Of a stretch of DNA of 35,825 nucleotides, positions 19,274 through 27,921 are shown piece by piece. The stretch comes from Chitinophagaceae bacterium (GTDB lineage: Bacteria; Bacteroidota; Bacteroidia; Chitinophagales; Chitinophagaceae): NCBI GenBank assembly GCA_017882205.1, contig JADGPY010000035.1, positions 1 through 35,825 of the forward strand, in the 5' to 3' direction. How positions within the stretch are numbered: the stretch's first letter is position 1; every line of letters starts with the position of its first letter. The notes under the pieces were generated by a model. It was not told where the DNA came from. It ran no database searches and saw only the letters and a list, made by a program, of their open reading frames with translations. The translations under genes and the position numbers were made by a program.

Positions 19274-19813
19274 ATGCGAAAGCTTAGCATGGATGAATTG
19301 AACAGGAAATCGGTGGATGAATTCAGAGGCGCTACAAAGATACCGGTTATTGTAGTATTGGAAAACATCCGCAGTATGCATAATGTAGGCAGTGTGTTCA
19401 GGACTGCTGATGCGTTTTTAATAGAAAGTATTTACATCACAGGGTATACAGCACAACCACCGAGGAAAGAGATAGATAAAACTGCATTGGGTGCTACCGA
19501 AACCGTTTCATGGAAATATTTTAAAACAACGGTTGAGGCGGTAATGTGTCTTCGTGAACAAGGATATACAATTTATTCGATTGAGCAGGTAGATAAAAGT
19601 ATTTCATTGGAACAATTGCAAACCTTAAATTTTCAGAAGATTGCATTCATTTTCGGAAATGAAGTTACTGGAGTAGAAGAAAGCAGCATTGCCGAATGTG
19701 ATGGTTGCATTGAAATTCCACAATTTGGGATGAAGCATTCGTTGAATATTTCGGTAGCTGCTGGCATAGTACTGTGGGAAGTTGCAAGAGCACAAGTTCA
19801 TCTGAGAGATTAA
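19274..19813 (+). CDS. SpoU/TrmH-family RNA methyltransferase
   Basis: VLENIRS.HNVGSVFRTADA, FGNEV.GV, IEIPQFG.KHSLNISVA. Start set at MRKLSMDELNR. Confidence 0.92.
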   Translation: MRKLSMDELNRKSVDEFRGATKIPVIVVLENIRSMHNVGSVFRTADAFLIESIYITGYTAQPPRKEIDKTALGATETVSWKYFKTTVEAVMCLREQGYTIYSIEQVDKSISLEQLQTLNFQKIAFIFGNEVTGVEESSIAECDGCIEIPQFGMKHSLNISVAAGIVLWEVARAQVHLRD

Positions 19814-19831
19814 CATGATCAAGTTATATTA

Positions 19832-20734
19832 ATGAGTACACAACAGGGAGGGGCTATAAAGCAATTAGGAACATGGAAAAGGTATTTATCGTTGGTAAAG
19901 TTTAGTCATACTATTTTTGCCATGCCTTTTGCAATGATCGGTTTCTCTTTAGCCATCGTTAAAAGCCAGGTTATTCAAAGGCCATGGTGGGAATTGCTGA
20001 TCCTGGTGGTGCTTTGTATGATATTTGCAAGAAGTGCCGCAATGGCATTTAATCGTTGGCTTGATGCAAAATATGATGCGATGAATCCCAGGACCGCTAT
20101 CAGGGAAATTCCACAAGGCCTGATAACTCCAAAGAATGCCTTATCGTTTGTTATTATTAATTGTATTGCATTTATCTTTTGCTGCTATTTTATCAATAAA
20201 ATATGTTTATGGCTAAGCTTTGTGGCTTTGTTTGTGATCTTATTCTATAGTTACACCAAAAGATTTACTGCTTTATGTCACCTTATTCTTGGGATTGGTT
20301 TGAGCCTGGCACCGATAGGGGCATTTCTGGCTGTCACTGGGAGATTTGAACTGCTACCATTAATATTTTCATTTACCGTTCTTTTTTGGGTGAGTGGGTT
20401 TGATATCATCTATGCTTTGCAGGATGAAGAATTTGATAAAACGAACTTACTCTGGTCTATACCCGCAATCGTGGGCAAAAAAAACGCATTACTTATCTCA
20501 AAAATATTGCATTTACTAAGTGCAATATGTATTATTTCTGCTGGTATTTATGGACAATTCGGTCTTTATTACTGGATTGGGGTAACAGTATTTGTAGGGA
20601 TGTTGATCTACCAACATTCGCTTGTAAAACCGAATGATCTTAGTCGTGTCAACCTGGCATTCATGACTGCTAATGGAATAGCTTCAGTTATCTTTAGCAT
20701 CTTTGTGATGTTGGATTTATTTTTTAAAGTTTGA
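19832..20734 (+). CDS. UbiA-family polyprenyltransferase (4-hydroxybenzoate octaprenyltransferase / MqnP-like)
   Basis: KFSHTIFAMPF, RSAAMAFNR..D...D..NPRT..R.IP, YSYTKRF, GFDIIYALQD..FD. Confidence 0.9.
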   Translation: MSTQQGGAIKQLGTWKRYLSLVKFSHTIFAMPFAMIGFSLAIVKSQVIQRPWWELLILVVLCMIFARSAAMAFNRWLDAKYDAMNPRTAIREIPQGLITPKNALSFVIINCIAFIFCCYFINKICLWLSFVALFVILFYSYTKRFTALCHLILGIGLSLAPIGAFLAVTGRFELLPLIFSFTVLFWVSGFDIIYALQDEEFDKTNLLWSIPAIVGKKNALLISKILHLLSAICIISAGIYGQFGLYYWIGVTVFVGMLIYQHSLVKPNDLSRVNLAFMTANGIASVIFSIFVMLDLFFKV

Positions 20735-20757
20735 AGAAGGGGTTTTAATTTACCACT

Positions 20758-21177
20758 ATGGCAAGGATCCTGGCGATCGATTATGGATTAAAGAGAACAG
20801 GGATAGCAGTAACCGATCCTTTGCAAATCATTGGAACAGCTCTTAGTACCATTGATTCTAAGGATATGATCAACTTTCTAAAAAAATACTTTGAACAGGA
20901 ACAAGTTGAGTTGATCATCATAGGGGAACCAAAGAATTGGGATGAATCCGACACGCATGCTACCCCGCTCGTACGGGCGGCAATTGTTAAATTGAAAAAA
21001 GAGTTTCCAACCATTCCAATAATAACTGTTGATGAACGATATACATCTAAACTTGCTTCTCAAGCTATGGTTCAGATGGGTTTAAAGAAAAAGGATAGGC
21101 AAAACAAGCGTATTATTGATAGGGTTGCCGCAACTATTATGTTGCAGGAGTATTTGCAATCAATAAATAGGTTATAA
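20758..21177 (+). CDS. yqgF: YqgF/RuvX pre-16S rRNA nuclease (Holliday junction resolvase-like)
   Basis: ILAIDYG.KRTGIA.TD, VDER.TS, D..AA..MLQ.YL. Confidence 0.95.
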   Translation: MARILAIDYGLKRTGIAVTDPLQIIGTALSTIDSKDMINFLKKYFEQEQVELIIIGEPKNWDESDTHATPLVRAAIVKLKKEFPTIPIITVDERYTSKLASQAMVQMGLKKKDRQNKRIIDRVAATIMLQEYLQSINRL

Positions 21178-21259
21178 ATTGAACCACACCGATACAACGG
21201 CACACCGACACAGCGTGGATTTCTGTCGATGTGCCGTTGTATCGCTGTGGTTCAATTTA
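21175..21259. repeat. 85-bp hairpin element with internal 8-nt periodicity (REP/MITE-like)
   Basis: 36-bp arms TAAATTGAACCACACCGATACAACGGCACACCGACA and its complement, 2 mismatches, 13-nt loop; units cacaccga tacaacgg cacaccga cacagcgt. Confidence 0.92.
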
Positions 21260-21279
21260 AGGTTGTTTTCCCAATTCGT

Positions 21280-21287
21280 TATCTTTG
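21280..21287 (+). promoter_or_regulatory. -7 box (TATCTTTG) for def
   Basis: Exact TAnnTTTG match 19 nt upstream of the def ATG. Confidence 0.7.
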
Positions 21288-21306
21288 CAGCTGAAAAATA
21301 AATTTA

Positions 21307-21885
21307 ATGATTCTTCCGATTGTTGCATACGGTGCGCCGGTTTTAAGAAAAGTTTGCAAGGATATTAGTGCATATCACGCGGGTCTTCCAAAATTAATTG
21401 AGGATATGTGGGAAACTATGTACAACAGCAAAGGGGTTGGATTAGCCGCACCCCAGGTAAATCACGACATTCGATTATTCACAATGGATAGCGTACAGAT
21501 CATTCAGAATCTTGACGAGGATGAAAGGCTTGATTATCCTAATGATGAAGGCTATAAAGGTGTTTTTATTAATGCCCACACCGCTTCTATTGTGGGCATT
21601 GATTGGCTATATAATGAAGGGTGTCTTAGCATACCGAAAATTCGTGAAGATATTTACAGGAGGGAAGAAGTGACACTCAATTTTGTTGATGAAAATTTCA
21701 TCCCCCGTACCAAAACGTTTAATGGAATTACAGCTCGTGTCATACTTCATGAATACGATCATATTGATGGGAAATTATTTATAGATCATCTGAAGCCTTT
21801 AAAACGAAAACTGCTAAAGCGTAAATTGGATGACATCACTAAAGGAAAAATAAGCGTTGATTATAAGATGTCATTTCAGAAATAG
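21307..21885 (+). CDS. def: Peptide deformylase
   Basis: GVGLAAPQV, EGCLS and HEYDH motifs. Confidence 0.97.
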   Translation: MILPIVAYGAPVLRKVCKDISAYHAGLPKLIEDMWETMYNSKGVGLAAPQVNHDIRLFTMDSVQIIQNLDEDERLDYPNDEGYKGVFINAHTASIVGIDWLYNEGCLSIPKIREDIYRREEVTLNFVDENFIPRTKTFNGITARVILHEYDHIDGKLFIDHLKPLKRKLLKRKLDDITKGKISVDYKMSFQK

Positions 21886-21966
21886 CCAGTGGAATGATGG
21901 CTTACAAAGTTTTGACAACGAGCGTCTTCTTGTTCTGGAATCAATGTTTATAGTTTAATTATAAAA

Positions 21967-22899
21967 ATGTTGGATAAAGTTTTTGCGGCCCTTATAGTTT
22001 TATTATTTCCATATTCACTTTTTTCCCAAGGCAAAAAAGATACTTCCATAAAAGTTGAAGGAAAGGTTATAACCCTATCCGAGATCGTCATCAATAATAA
22101 ATTGAATGTACCTGCATTCATCGATAGGGTAAAGAATGACACTACTTTTTACAAAGCTTTCAGAACCCTGCATATTATTGGGTTCACTGCATTGAATGAT
22201 ATTCGGTTGGTGGATAAAAATGGGGTACCTAAAGCCACTCTCCTTAGTAAAATAAGACAAGTAAGAAATAATAATTGCCGTCGGATGGAAGTACTGGAGG
22301 AAACAACAACCGGGGATATATATGATGAAAAAAAGAATTTCAACTATTACACTTGCGAAATGTATGCAGGTTTGTTTTTTACCAAAGACAATGTCTGTGG
22401 GGAAGATAATATTGTTAAAGGGCATGAGTTTTCAACCACTGGTGTAAGCGGCATGGAGAGGAATAAGCAACAACTCAAAATGCTGTTTTTTAATCCAGGA
22501 AGAAAAATTAACGGAATTCCATTGATGGGGAATAAGACAGCAATATTTGATGATAACATGTCTGATAAATATGACATGAGTATCGATATGGATGAATATA
22601 ATAAGACCAGTTGCTATATTTTCAAGATCAAGGTGAAAGATGATAAAAAAAGTGAGGTGGTCATAGATGAGATGACTACCTGGTTTAATGATAAAACATT
22701 CGAGATTGTTGCCCGCAACTATGCACTTAGCTATGATGCCGGAGTGTATGATTTTAATGTACAAATGCAGGTTGAGATGACAAAATTTGGACAATACCTG
22801 GTACCATCACTCATACGCTACAATGGCAACTGGAAAGTGATCTTCAAAAAAAGAGAAAGAGGAATATTTACTGCTACGTTGTTTGATTTTAGAAAATAG
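21967..22899 (+). CDS. Secreted hypothetical protein
   Basis: 310-aa ORF; signal peptide ending LFSQ; LSEIVI linker of the kind common in Bacteroidota envelope proteins; beta-rich C-terminus. Confidence 0.8.
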   Translation: MLDKVFAALIVLLFPYSLFSQGKKDTSIKVEGKVITLSEIVINNKLNVPAFIDRVKNDTTFYKAFRTLHIIGFTALNDIRLVDKNGVPKATLLSKIRQVRNNNCRRMEVLEETTTGDIYDEKKNFNYYTCEMYAGLFFTKDNVCGEDNIVKGHEFSTTGVSGMERNKQQLKMLFFNPGRKINGIPLMGNKTAIFDDNMSDKYDMSIDMDEYNKTSCYIFKIKVKDDKKSEVVIDEMTTWFNDKTFEIVARNYALSYDAGVYDFNVQMQVEMTKFGQYLVPSLIRYNGNWKVIFKKRERGIFTATLFDFRK

Positions 22900-22900
22900 C

Positions 22901-22914
22901 TTCTCGCTTCGCTC
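22901..22914 (+). repeat. Dispersed TTCTCGCTTCGCTC motif
   Basis: Exact 14-mer 1 nt after the stop at 22899, between convergent genes. Confidence 0.85.
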
Positions 22915-22926
22915 ATTGGTTCAACT

Positions 22927-23385
22927 TCAAGAGAGCTCCAAATAATCATAGTCTCCATTAGCGCTGATTTTTTTAAATCCTAATCTTAGATAAAGATTCA
23001 ACGCAGGATTTTGCCGGCGAACATTAAGACAAAGGATTTTGTTTTTTTTATGAGCTTTTTCAGCCAGTTCCTTTAAAATGATCGTGCCAATTCCTTTGCC
23101 TTGAAAGGTTGGAAGCAAGGAGATATCAATTACCAGGAAATGAGTGTTTGATTCAGCAAGGTATAATCTTCCGGCAGGCTGTTTTTTATACAGGATAATT
23201 TCATGAGTGGCATCAGGGTATTTACTTCTATAGTCCGTTTGTTGCGCTATAGATTGCATTATTATAAAACTTTGTTTTTGCAGTTCTGTCCAGTTTGTTA
23301 AGTTTAGTTCATTTTCCCTGGTACTTCTGTAAAGTTTTTCAATAAAAGCACGATCTTTTTCTTCTACCTTCCTAAATGTGATCAT
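22927..23385 (-). CDS. GNAT family N-acetyltransferase
   Basis: DISLLP.FQGKGIG acetyl-CoA motif and NPA..LY.RLGF; ATG directly abuts the rluD stop. Confidence 0.9.
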   Translation of the reverse strand: MITFRKVEEKDRAFIEKLYRSTRENELNLTNWTELQKQSFIIMQSIAQQTDYRSKYPDATHEIILYKKQPAGRLYLAESNTHFLVIDISLLPTFQGKGIGTIILKELAEKAHKKNKILCLNVRRQNPALNLYLRLGFKKISANGDYDYLELS

Positions 23386-24432
23386 CTAATTCGCATGATT
23401 TTTATTTTGAGAATACTTCCTCCATTTTTCGATAACATTTTTCATATCGTCAGGAAGTTCACATTCAAATTTCATTTCCTTGCGTGTTCTGGGATGAATA
23501 AAACCAAGTTCACCTGCATGCAATGCATGTCTTGGACAAATTTCAAAACAGTTCTCTACAAATTGTTTGTACTTAGTAAAAACGGTTCCTTTTACAATTC
23601 TGTCACCACCATAAGAATCATCGTTGAACAAGGGGTGCCCTATGGATTGCAAGTGCACCCTGATCTGGTGGGTACGGCCTGTTTCAAGGCTGCATTCTAA
23701 CAATGTGACATAATTAAAACGTTCAAGGACCTTATAATGAGTAATAGCATCTTTCCCATATTCACCATCGGGGTATGAAGTGAATAATTTTCTGAATCGT
23801 TGGTGACGGCCAACATGTGCTCGTATTGTACCCTTTTCTGTTACAAAGTCACCCCATACCAATGCGATGTATCTTCTATGGACAGTATGATCAAAAAATT
23901 GTTTTGCCAGGTCATTCATTGCTTTCTGACTCTTGGCGATTACTAAAAGACCTGTTGTATTTTTATCAATCCGATGCACAAGTCCAAAGCGTGATAATGA
24001 GCTTTCATCGATAGTTGGATCCTGTAATTTCAGATGCCAGGCCACTGCATTAACAAGGGTTCCACTGCTATTACCAGTACCTGGATGCACCACCATCCCT
24101 GCCGGTTTATTAACTATCATCAAGTCCTCATCTTCATAAATAATATTAATGGGGATATCTTCCGGAATGATTTGTGTTGTTTCTGGGAGCCGGCTTTCAT
24201 ATAGTACGATTTTGTCATGTGCTCTAACCTTATAATTTGATTTTACCGGTTTGTCATTGATCAATACTCTCTCTGCTTGAATGGCTTGCTGTATTTTATT
24301 TCTTGTTGCACCTTCTATCCTGTTCATAAGGAACTTATCAATCCTGTATGGTTCCTGGCCTTTGTCTGCAACAATGGTTAGTCTTTCAAACAATTCCTCC
24401 TGTTCATCCAATTGTGCATCTTCAATATCCAT
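23386..24432 (-). CDS. rluD: RluA-family pseudouridine synthase with S4 domain (RluD-like)
   Basis: RIDKFL S4 domain, VNKPAGMVVHPG.G, VHRIDKNTTGL, LETGRTHQIRVH, ALHA. Start set at MDIED (24432). Confidence 0.9.
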   Translation of the reverse strand: MDIEDAQLDEQEELFERLTIVADKGQEPYRIDKFLMNRIEGATRNKIQQAIQAERVLINDKPVKSNYKVRAHDKIVLYESRLPETTQIIPEDIPINIIYEDEDLMIVNKPAGMVVHPGTGNSSGTLVNAVAWHLKLQDPTIDESSLSRFGLVHRIDKNTTGLLVIAKSQKAMNDLAKQFFDHTVHRRYIALVWGDFVTEKGTIRAHVGRHQRFRKLFTSYPDGEYGKDAITHYKVLERFNYVTLLECSLETGRTHQIRVHLQSIGHPLFNDDSYGGDRIVKGTVFTKYKQFVENCFEICPRHALHAGELGFIHPRTRKEMKFECELPDDMKNVIEKWRKYSQNKNHAN

Positions 24433-24443
24433 CTTCAGATAGT

Positions 24444-24451
24444 TATCTTTG
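24444..24451 (+). promoter_or_regulatory. -7 box (TATCTTTG) for lipB
   Basis: Exact match in the 36-bp rluD/lipB divergent gap. Confidence 0.6.
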
Positions 24452-24468
24452 CAAATTAAATTTTTGCA

Positions 24469-25206
24469 TTGGATAAGCAACAAATCATCTACAAAGATCT
24501 TGGAATTATAGATTACAAATCTGCCTGGGATTACCAGGAAGAATTAGTACGTCAAAATTTAAACATCAAGACGGCAGCACGAAGTGGAGCATTAGGCATT
24601 ACAGATCCGGCATTGCTTCCTACAAAACACCATTTACTTTTTTGTGAGCATCCTCCGGTTTATACCCTGGGTAAAAGTGGTAGTATGAACAATGTATTGT
24701 TAAGTGAAGAGGAAATGAGTGAAAAGGAAATAGAATTTTTTAAAACCAATAGGGGCGGGGATATTACTTTCCATGGATTGGAACAAATAGTCGGTTATCC
24801 AATTCTTGATCTTGAGAAATTTTATACTGATATCGGTAAATATTTACGAAGCCTTGAAGAAGTAATCATTCAAACAATTGCTGAATATGGATTGAAAGGC
24901 GAAAGAAGCCCTGGTGAAACAGGAGTATGGCTTGATCCGGGATCTCGAGGCAATGAACGGAAAATATGTGCGATGGGGATTCGTTGCAGCAGGTGGATCA
25001 CTATGCATGGATTCGCCCTAAATGTCAATACAGATCTATCATATTTTAATAATATTATTCCCTGCGGAATTCAGAATAAGCAGGTTACCTCGATTGAAAA
25101 AGAATTAAAGAAGCCTGTTGATATAGAGGAAGTAAAGAAGAAACTGTTAGTGAATTTTCAATATGTGTTTTCAGCAGAAATTCTAAACACGGTTCTGAGT
25201 TCTTAG
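24469..25206 (+). CDS. lipB: Lipoyl(octanoyl) transferase LipB
   Basis: CEHPPVYTLG, RGGDITFHG..Q.VGYPI, KICAMG, TMHGFALN, I.PCGI; TTG start. Confidence 0.96.
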   Translation: MDKQQIIYKDLGIIDYKSAWDYQEELVRQNLNIKTAARSGALGITDPALLPTKHHLLFCEHPPVYTLGKSGSMNNVLLSEEEMSEKEIEFFKTNRGGDITFHGLEQIVGYPILDLEKFYTDIGKYLRSLEEVIIQTIAEYGLKGERSPGETGVWLDPGSRGNERKICAMGIRCSRWITMHGFALNVNTDLSYFNNIIPCGIQNKQVTSIEKELKKPVDIEEVKKKLLVNFQYVFSAEILNTVLSS

Positions 25207-25230
25207 TTCTAAGAACTTAGAACTAGAACT
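25192..25230. repeat. Inverted GTTCTTA/AGAACT heptamer array between convergent genes
   Basis: gttctga gttctta gttcta agaactt agaact agaact; same unit as 6642-6698. Confidence 0.8.
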
Positions 25231-25240
25231 GTTCTCCAAC

Positions 25241-25927
25241 TTAGAACTGTTTTTTCCCCTGTTCATTTAGGCTCGGTACCGGTTTGCTATCTTTGGGTAT
25301 ATAGAACTTATGTTTTTCAATCAGCACCCCATCCTCATATAGTTCAAAATTGAATAAGCCGGCATGAACAAAATCAACTTTGTCAACTGTAAGGTATGGC
25401 TCTGAAATTTTAGACAGTTCAAATAAAAAGGTCCCGTTCTCTTCAAAGAATTTTACCTGGTACTTTTTTTTGGCTGCAAGGGGTAATGATATAATTACAT
25501 TATTCTCCCGGCCGGTATATACAAATTTTGAGGGTTCAAACCAGGTATTTACTATCGCAGATTGGAATTCCTTTGGAACATAATTAGAAGTATCAATTGA
25601 AGGTCTGTAAGAACTGGAGAAAATATAAGTACCTCCTTCAAAAGATAGAAATAGCCTGTAATACTGGATGCCTGAAGAAGGCCTGGCATCAACAAATCCA
25701 TTTGTTTTATTTTTAACATCCAATACACTACCTATTGTTTTGAAGTTCTTCAAACTATCAAAAGATCGCTGGATATTTATTGTAGTGAGTGATGTATAGG
25801 GATTGGTCCAGCTAATTACATTATGATTACTTGAAGAGACAACAGATAATTTTGGTAATGTATCCTGGGCAAGTAATACTTTAGTAGGGTTAACCAGGAC
25901 AAACATAATGATCAATAATCTTCGCAT
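25241..25927 (-). CDS. Secreted hypothetical protein, probable Ig/FN3-like beta-sandwich modules
   Basis: Signal peptide; ISW...IQRS.D...F..IG...F.D......YYRL pattern. Confidence 0.75.
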   Translation of the reverse strand: MRRLLIIMFVLVNPTKVLLAQDTLPKLSVVSSSNHNVISWTNPYTSLTTINIQRSFDSLKNFKTIGSVLDVKNKTNGFVDARPSSGIQYYRLFLSFEGGTYIFSSSYRPSIDTSNYVPKEFQSAIVNTWFEPSKFVYTGRENNVIISLPLAAKKKYQVKFFEENGTFLFELSKISEPYLTVDKVDFVHAGLFNFELYEDGVLIEKHKFYIPKDSKPVPSLNEQGKKQF

Positions 25928-25991
25928 AGGCTTGAGAACGAAAGTAATGATTAGTTAGTGGTGGGTAAAGATAAAGGACTGTTAAATCAAT

Positions 25992-26903
25992 TCAAAAACA
26001 TAAGGTGCCTCCAGGCAACGATCGATTACCTTGTAACCCTCCTGTATGAATGCACAATACCTTGCTGCCACTTTCGAAAAAATGATTTTTAATAAGGTTA
26101 TAAATGCCAAACATCATTTTACCGGTATAAACAAAATCTGTTGGTATTTTGTTCTTTAAATAAAATGTATTCATAAATGCTATAAGTTCTGGGGTTCTTT
26201 TAGCAAAACCACCAAAATGAAAGTCGTTGTTCAAGATGTAATTTGTATAACTTTTATCCCGAAGCAGTAAAAACATTCGTTCATCAAAATCGTCCAGACC
26301 TCTTAAGGCACTAAAACCAATGAACTGAACTTTTTTATTTGAGCTGCTTATCAATCCGGCTAAAGTGGTTCCTGTCCCTACCGGACAACAGATATGTGAG
26401 TACTTAGTGGATTCATAGTAACTTGTTATTTTACTGGCTCCATACATTCCTTTCCGTCCAAACCCACCTTCAGGAATCAATATATATTCACCAAATTCAT
26501 CAGTCAGTTTATTGATGAAACAGATATCATTTTTCTGTTTATATTCTTCCCTGCTAATGAATTTCAACTTCATAGCTTGCTTTTCACAAAAAGACAAAGT
26601 GTGTGAAAGCGTAATGGGCTTTTCACCGCGAACAATTCCAATACTGGCGAGGTTGTTTCTCTTGCAAGCAGCCGCTGTAGCGGCAAGGTGATTGGAATAA
26701 GCTCCTCCAAAGGTTATTACTTTCTTTTTCTCAGCTAATGCCTCCTCTAAGTAAAAGTGAAGCTTAAATATTTTATTACCAGAAATCTCAGGATCAATTT
26801 TATCAAGGCGTAAAACCGAAAGTGTTACATTGCTACTAAGGAGATCGTCCTCATGAATAGGATCAATTGACACCTTCAGATTGTGTATGTCCATGATTTC
26901 CAT
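25992..26903 (-). CDS. ACC deaminase / D-cysteine desulfhydrase family PLP enzyme
   Basis: SGNK.FKL, TFGGAYSNH, IPEGG, GTGTTLAG, D.VYTGK, IHTGGLQG. Start uncertain (26903 or 26894). Confidence 0.9.
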   Translation of the reverse strand: MEIMDIHNLKVSIDPIHEDDLLSSNVTLSVLRLDKIDPEISGNKIFKLHFYLEEALAEKKKVITFGGAYSNHLAATAAACKRNNLASIGIVRGEKPITLSHTLSFCEKQAMKLKFISREEYKQKNDICFINKLTDEFGEYILIPEGGFGRKGMYGASKITSYYESTKYSHICCPVGTGTTLAGLISSSNKKVQFIGFSALRGLDDFDERMFLLLRDKSYTNYILNNDFHFGGFAKRTPELIAFMNTFYLKNKIPTDFVYTGKMMFGIYNLIKNHFFESGSKVLCIHTGGLQGNRSLPGGTLCF

Positions 26904-27012
26904 GATAAAGTTTATGGCACAATAGTTTCTTACTAATTTCGCAAAGAAACAACAATCCTTAAATAGACACTCAACAAAGAGCACTAGTAAATTATTAATC
27001 AATAATCAATAA

Positions 27013-27921
27013 ATGAAACCAACACTTTTGATTTTAGCAGCCGGGATGGCAAGTCGCTATGGAAGTATGAAACAGATACAGTCATTTGGTCCGGGTGGGG
27101 AAACTATTATGGACTATTCTATCTATGATGCCGTCCGCGCAGGATTTGGTAAAGTTGTGTTTATTATTCGAAAAGAATTTGCCCAACAATTTAAAGACAT
27201 ATTTGAACCTAAGCTAAAAGGAAAGGTAATAACAGATTATGTTTTCCAGGAGCTTGATGAATTTACTGAAGGATTCACTATTCCGGCAGATCGCAAAAAG
27301 CCATGGGGAACTGCGCATGCTGTTTTGTGCGCAAAAGATGTAATTCATGAACCTTTTGCTGTAATAAACGCAGATGATTTTTATGGGAAGGATGCTTTTG
27401 AAAAAGCTGCGAACTTCTTGACTACAGAAGTTTCTCCAAAGAAATATAGCATCATCGGGTATGATCTGGCGAAGACATTATCCGAAAATGGAACTGTAAG
27501 CAGGGGAGTCTGTGAAGTTGATGAAGATGGAAATCTTATAAGTATAAAGGAGCGAACAAAAATTTACCCCGAAGGTGATAAGATAGTATTTGAAGAAAGT
27601 GATGGTAAGCATGAAGTGGCAAGCGATTCGAAGGTGAGTATGAATTTCTGGTGCTTTGATTCCTCCGTGTTTGCTTTCATTGAGAAATTATTTAAACAAT
27701 TTCTGACAGAGCATATCAATGAGCCAAAGGCAGAATTCTTTATACCCATACTTGGAGATGCATTTATTAAACAGGAGGAAGGTGTAATAAAGATCATTCC
27801 TACTTCAGCCCAATGGTTTGGTGTTACTTATAAGGAAGATGCTCCGGCTGTTAAGAAAGATTTTGATGTGTTGGTTGCTTCAGGAGAATATCCTCCTAAA
27901 CTGTGGGATAAATTTTCTTAA
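27013..27921 (+). CDS. Sugar-phosphate nucleotidyltransferase family protein
   Basis: ILAAGMASRYG..KQ, KPWGTAHAV, VINADDFYG, WFGVTY.ED. Confidence 0.9.
   Translation: MKPTLLILAAGMASRYGSMKQIQSFGPGGETIMDYSIYDAVRAGFGKVVFIIRKEFAQQFKDIFEPKLKGKVITDYVFQELDEFTEGFTIPADRKKPWGTAHAVLCAKDVIHEPFAVINADDFYGKDAFEKAANFLTTEVSPKKYSIIGYDLAKTLSENGTVSRGVCEVDEDGNLISIKERTKIYPEGDKIVFEESDGKHEVASDSKVSMNFWCFDSSVFAFIEKLFKQFLTEHINEPKAEFFIPILGDAFIKQEEGVIKIIPTSAQWFGVTYKEDAPAVKKDFDVLVASGEYPPKLWDKFS

Noticed and set aside
6642-25230. Short repeats considered as a CRISPR array or IS ends
   Set aside because: There is no 25-45 bp repeat with unique spacers at regular period, no cas or transposase gene, and no clear target-site duplication.
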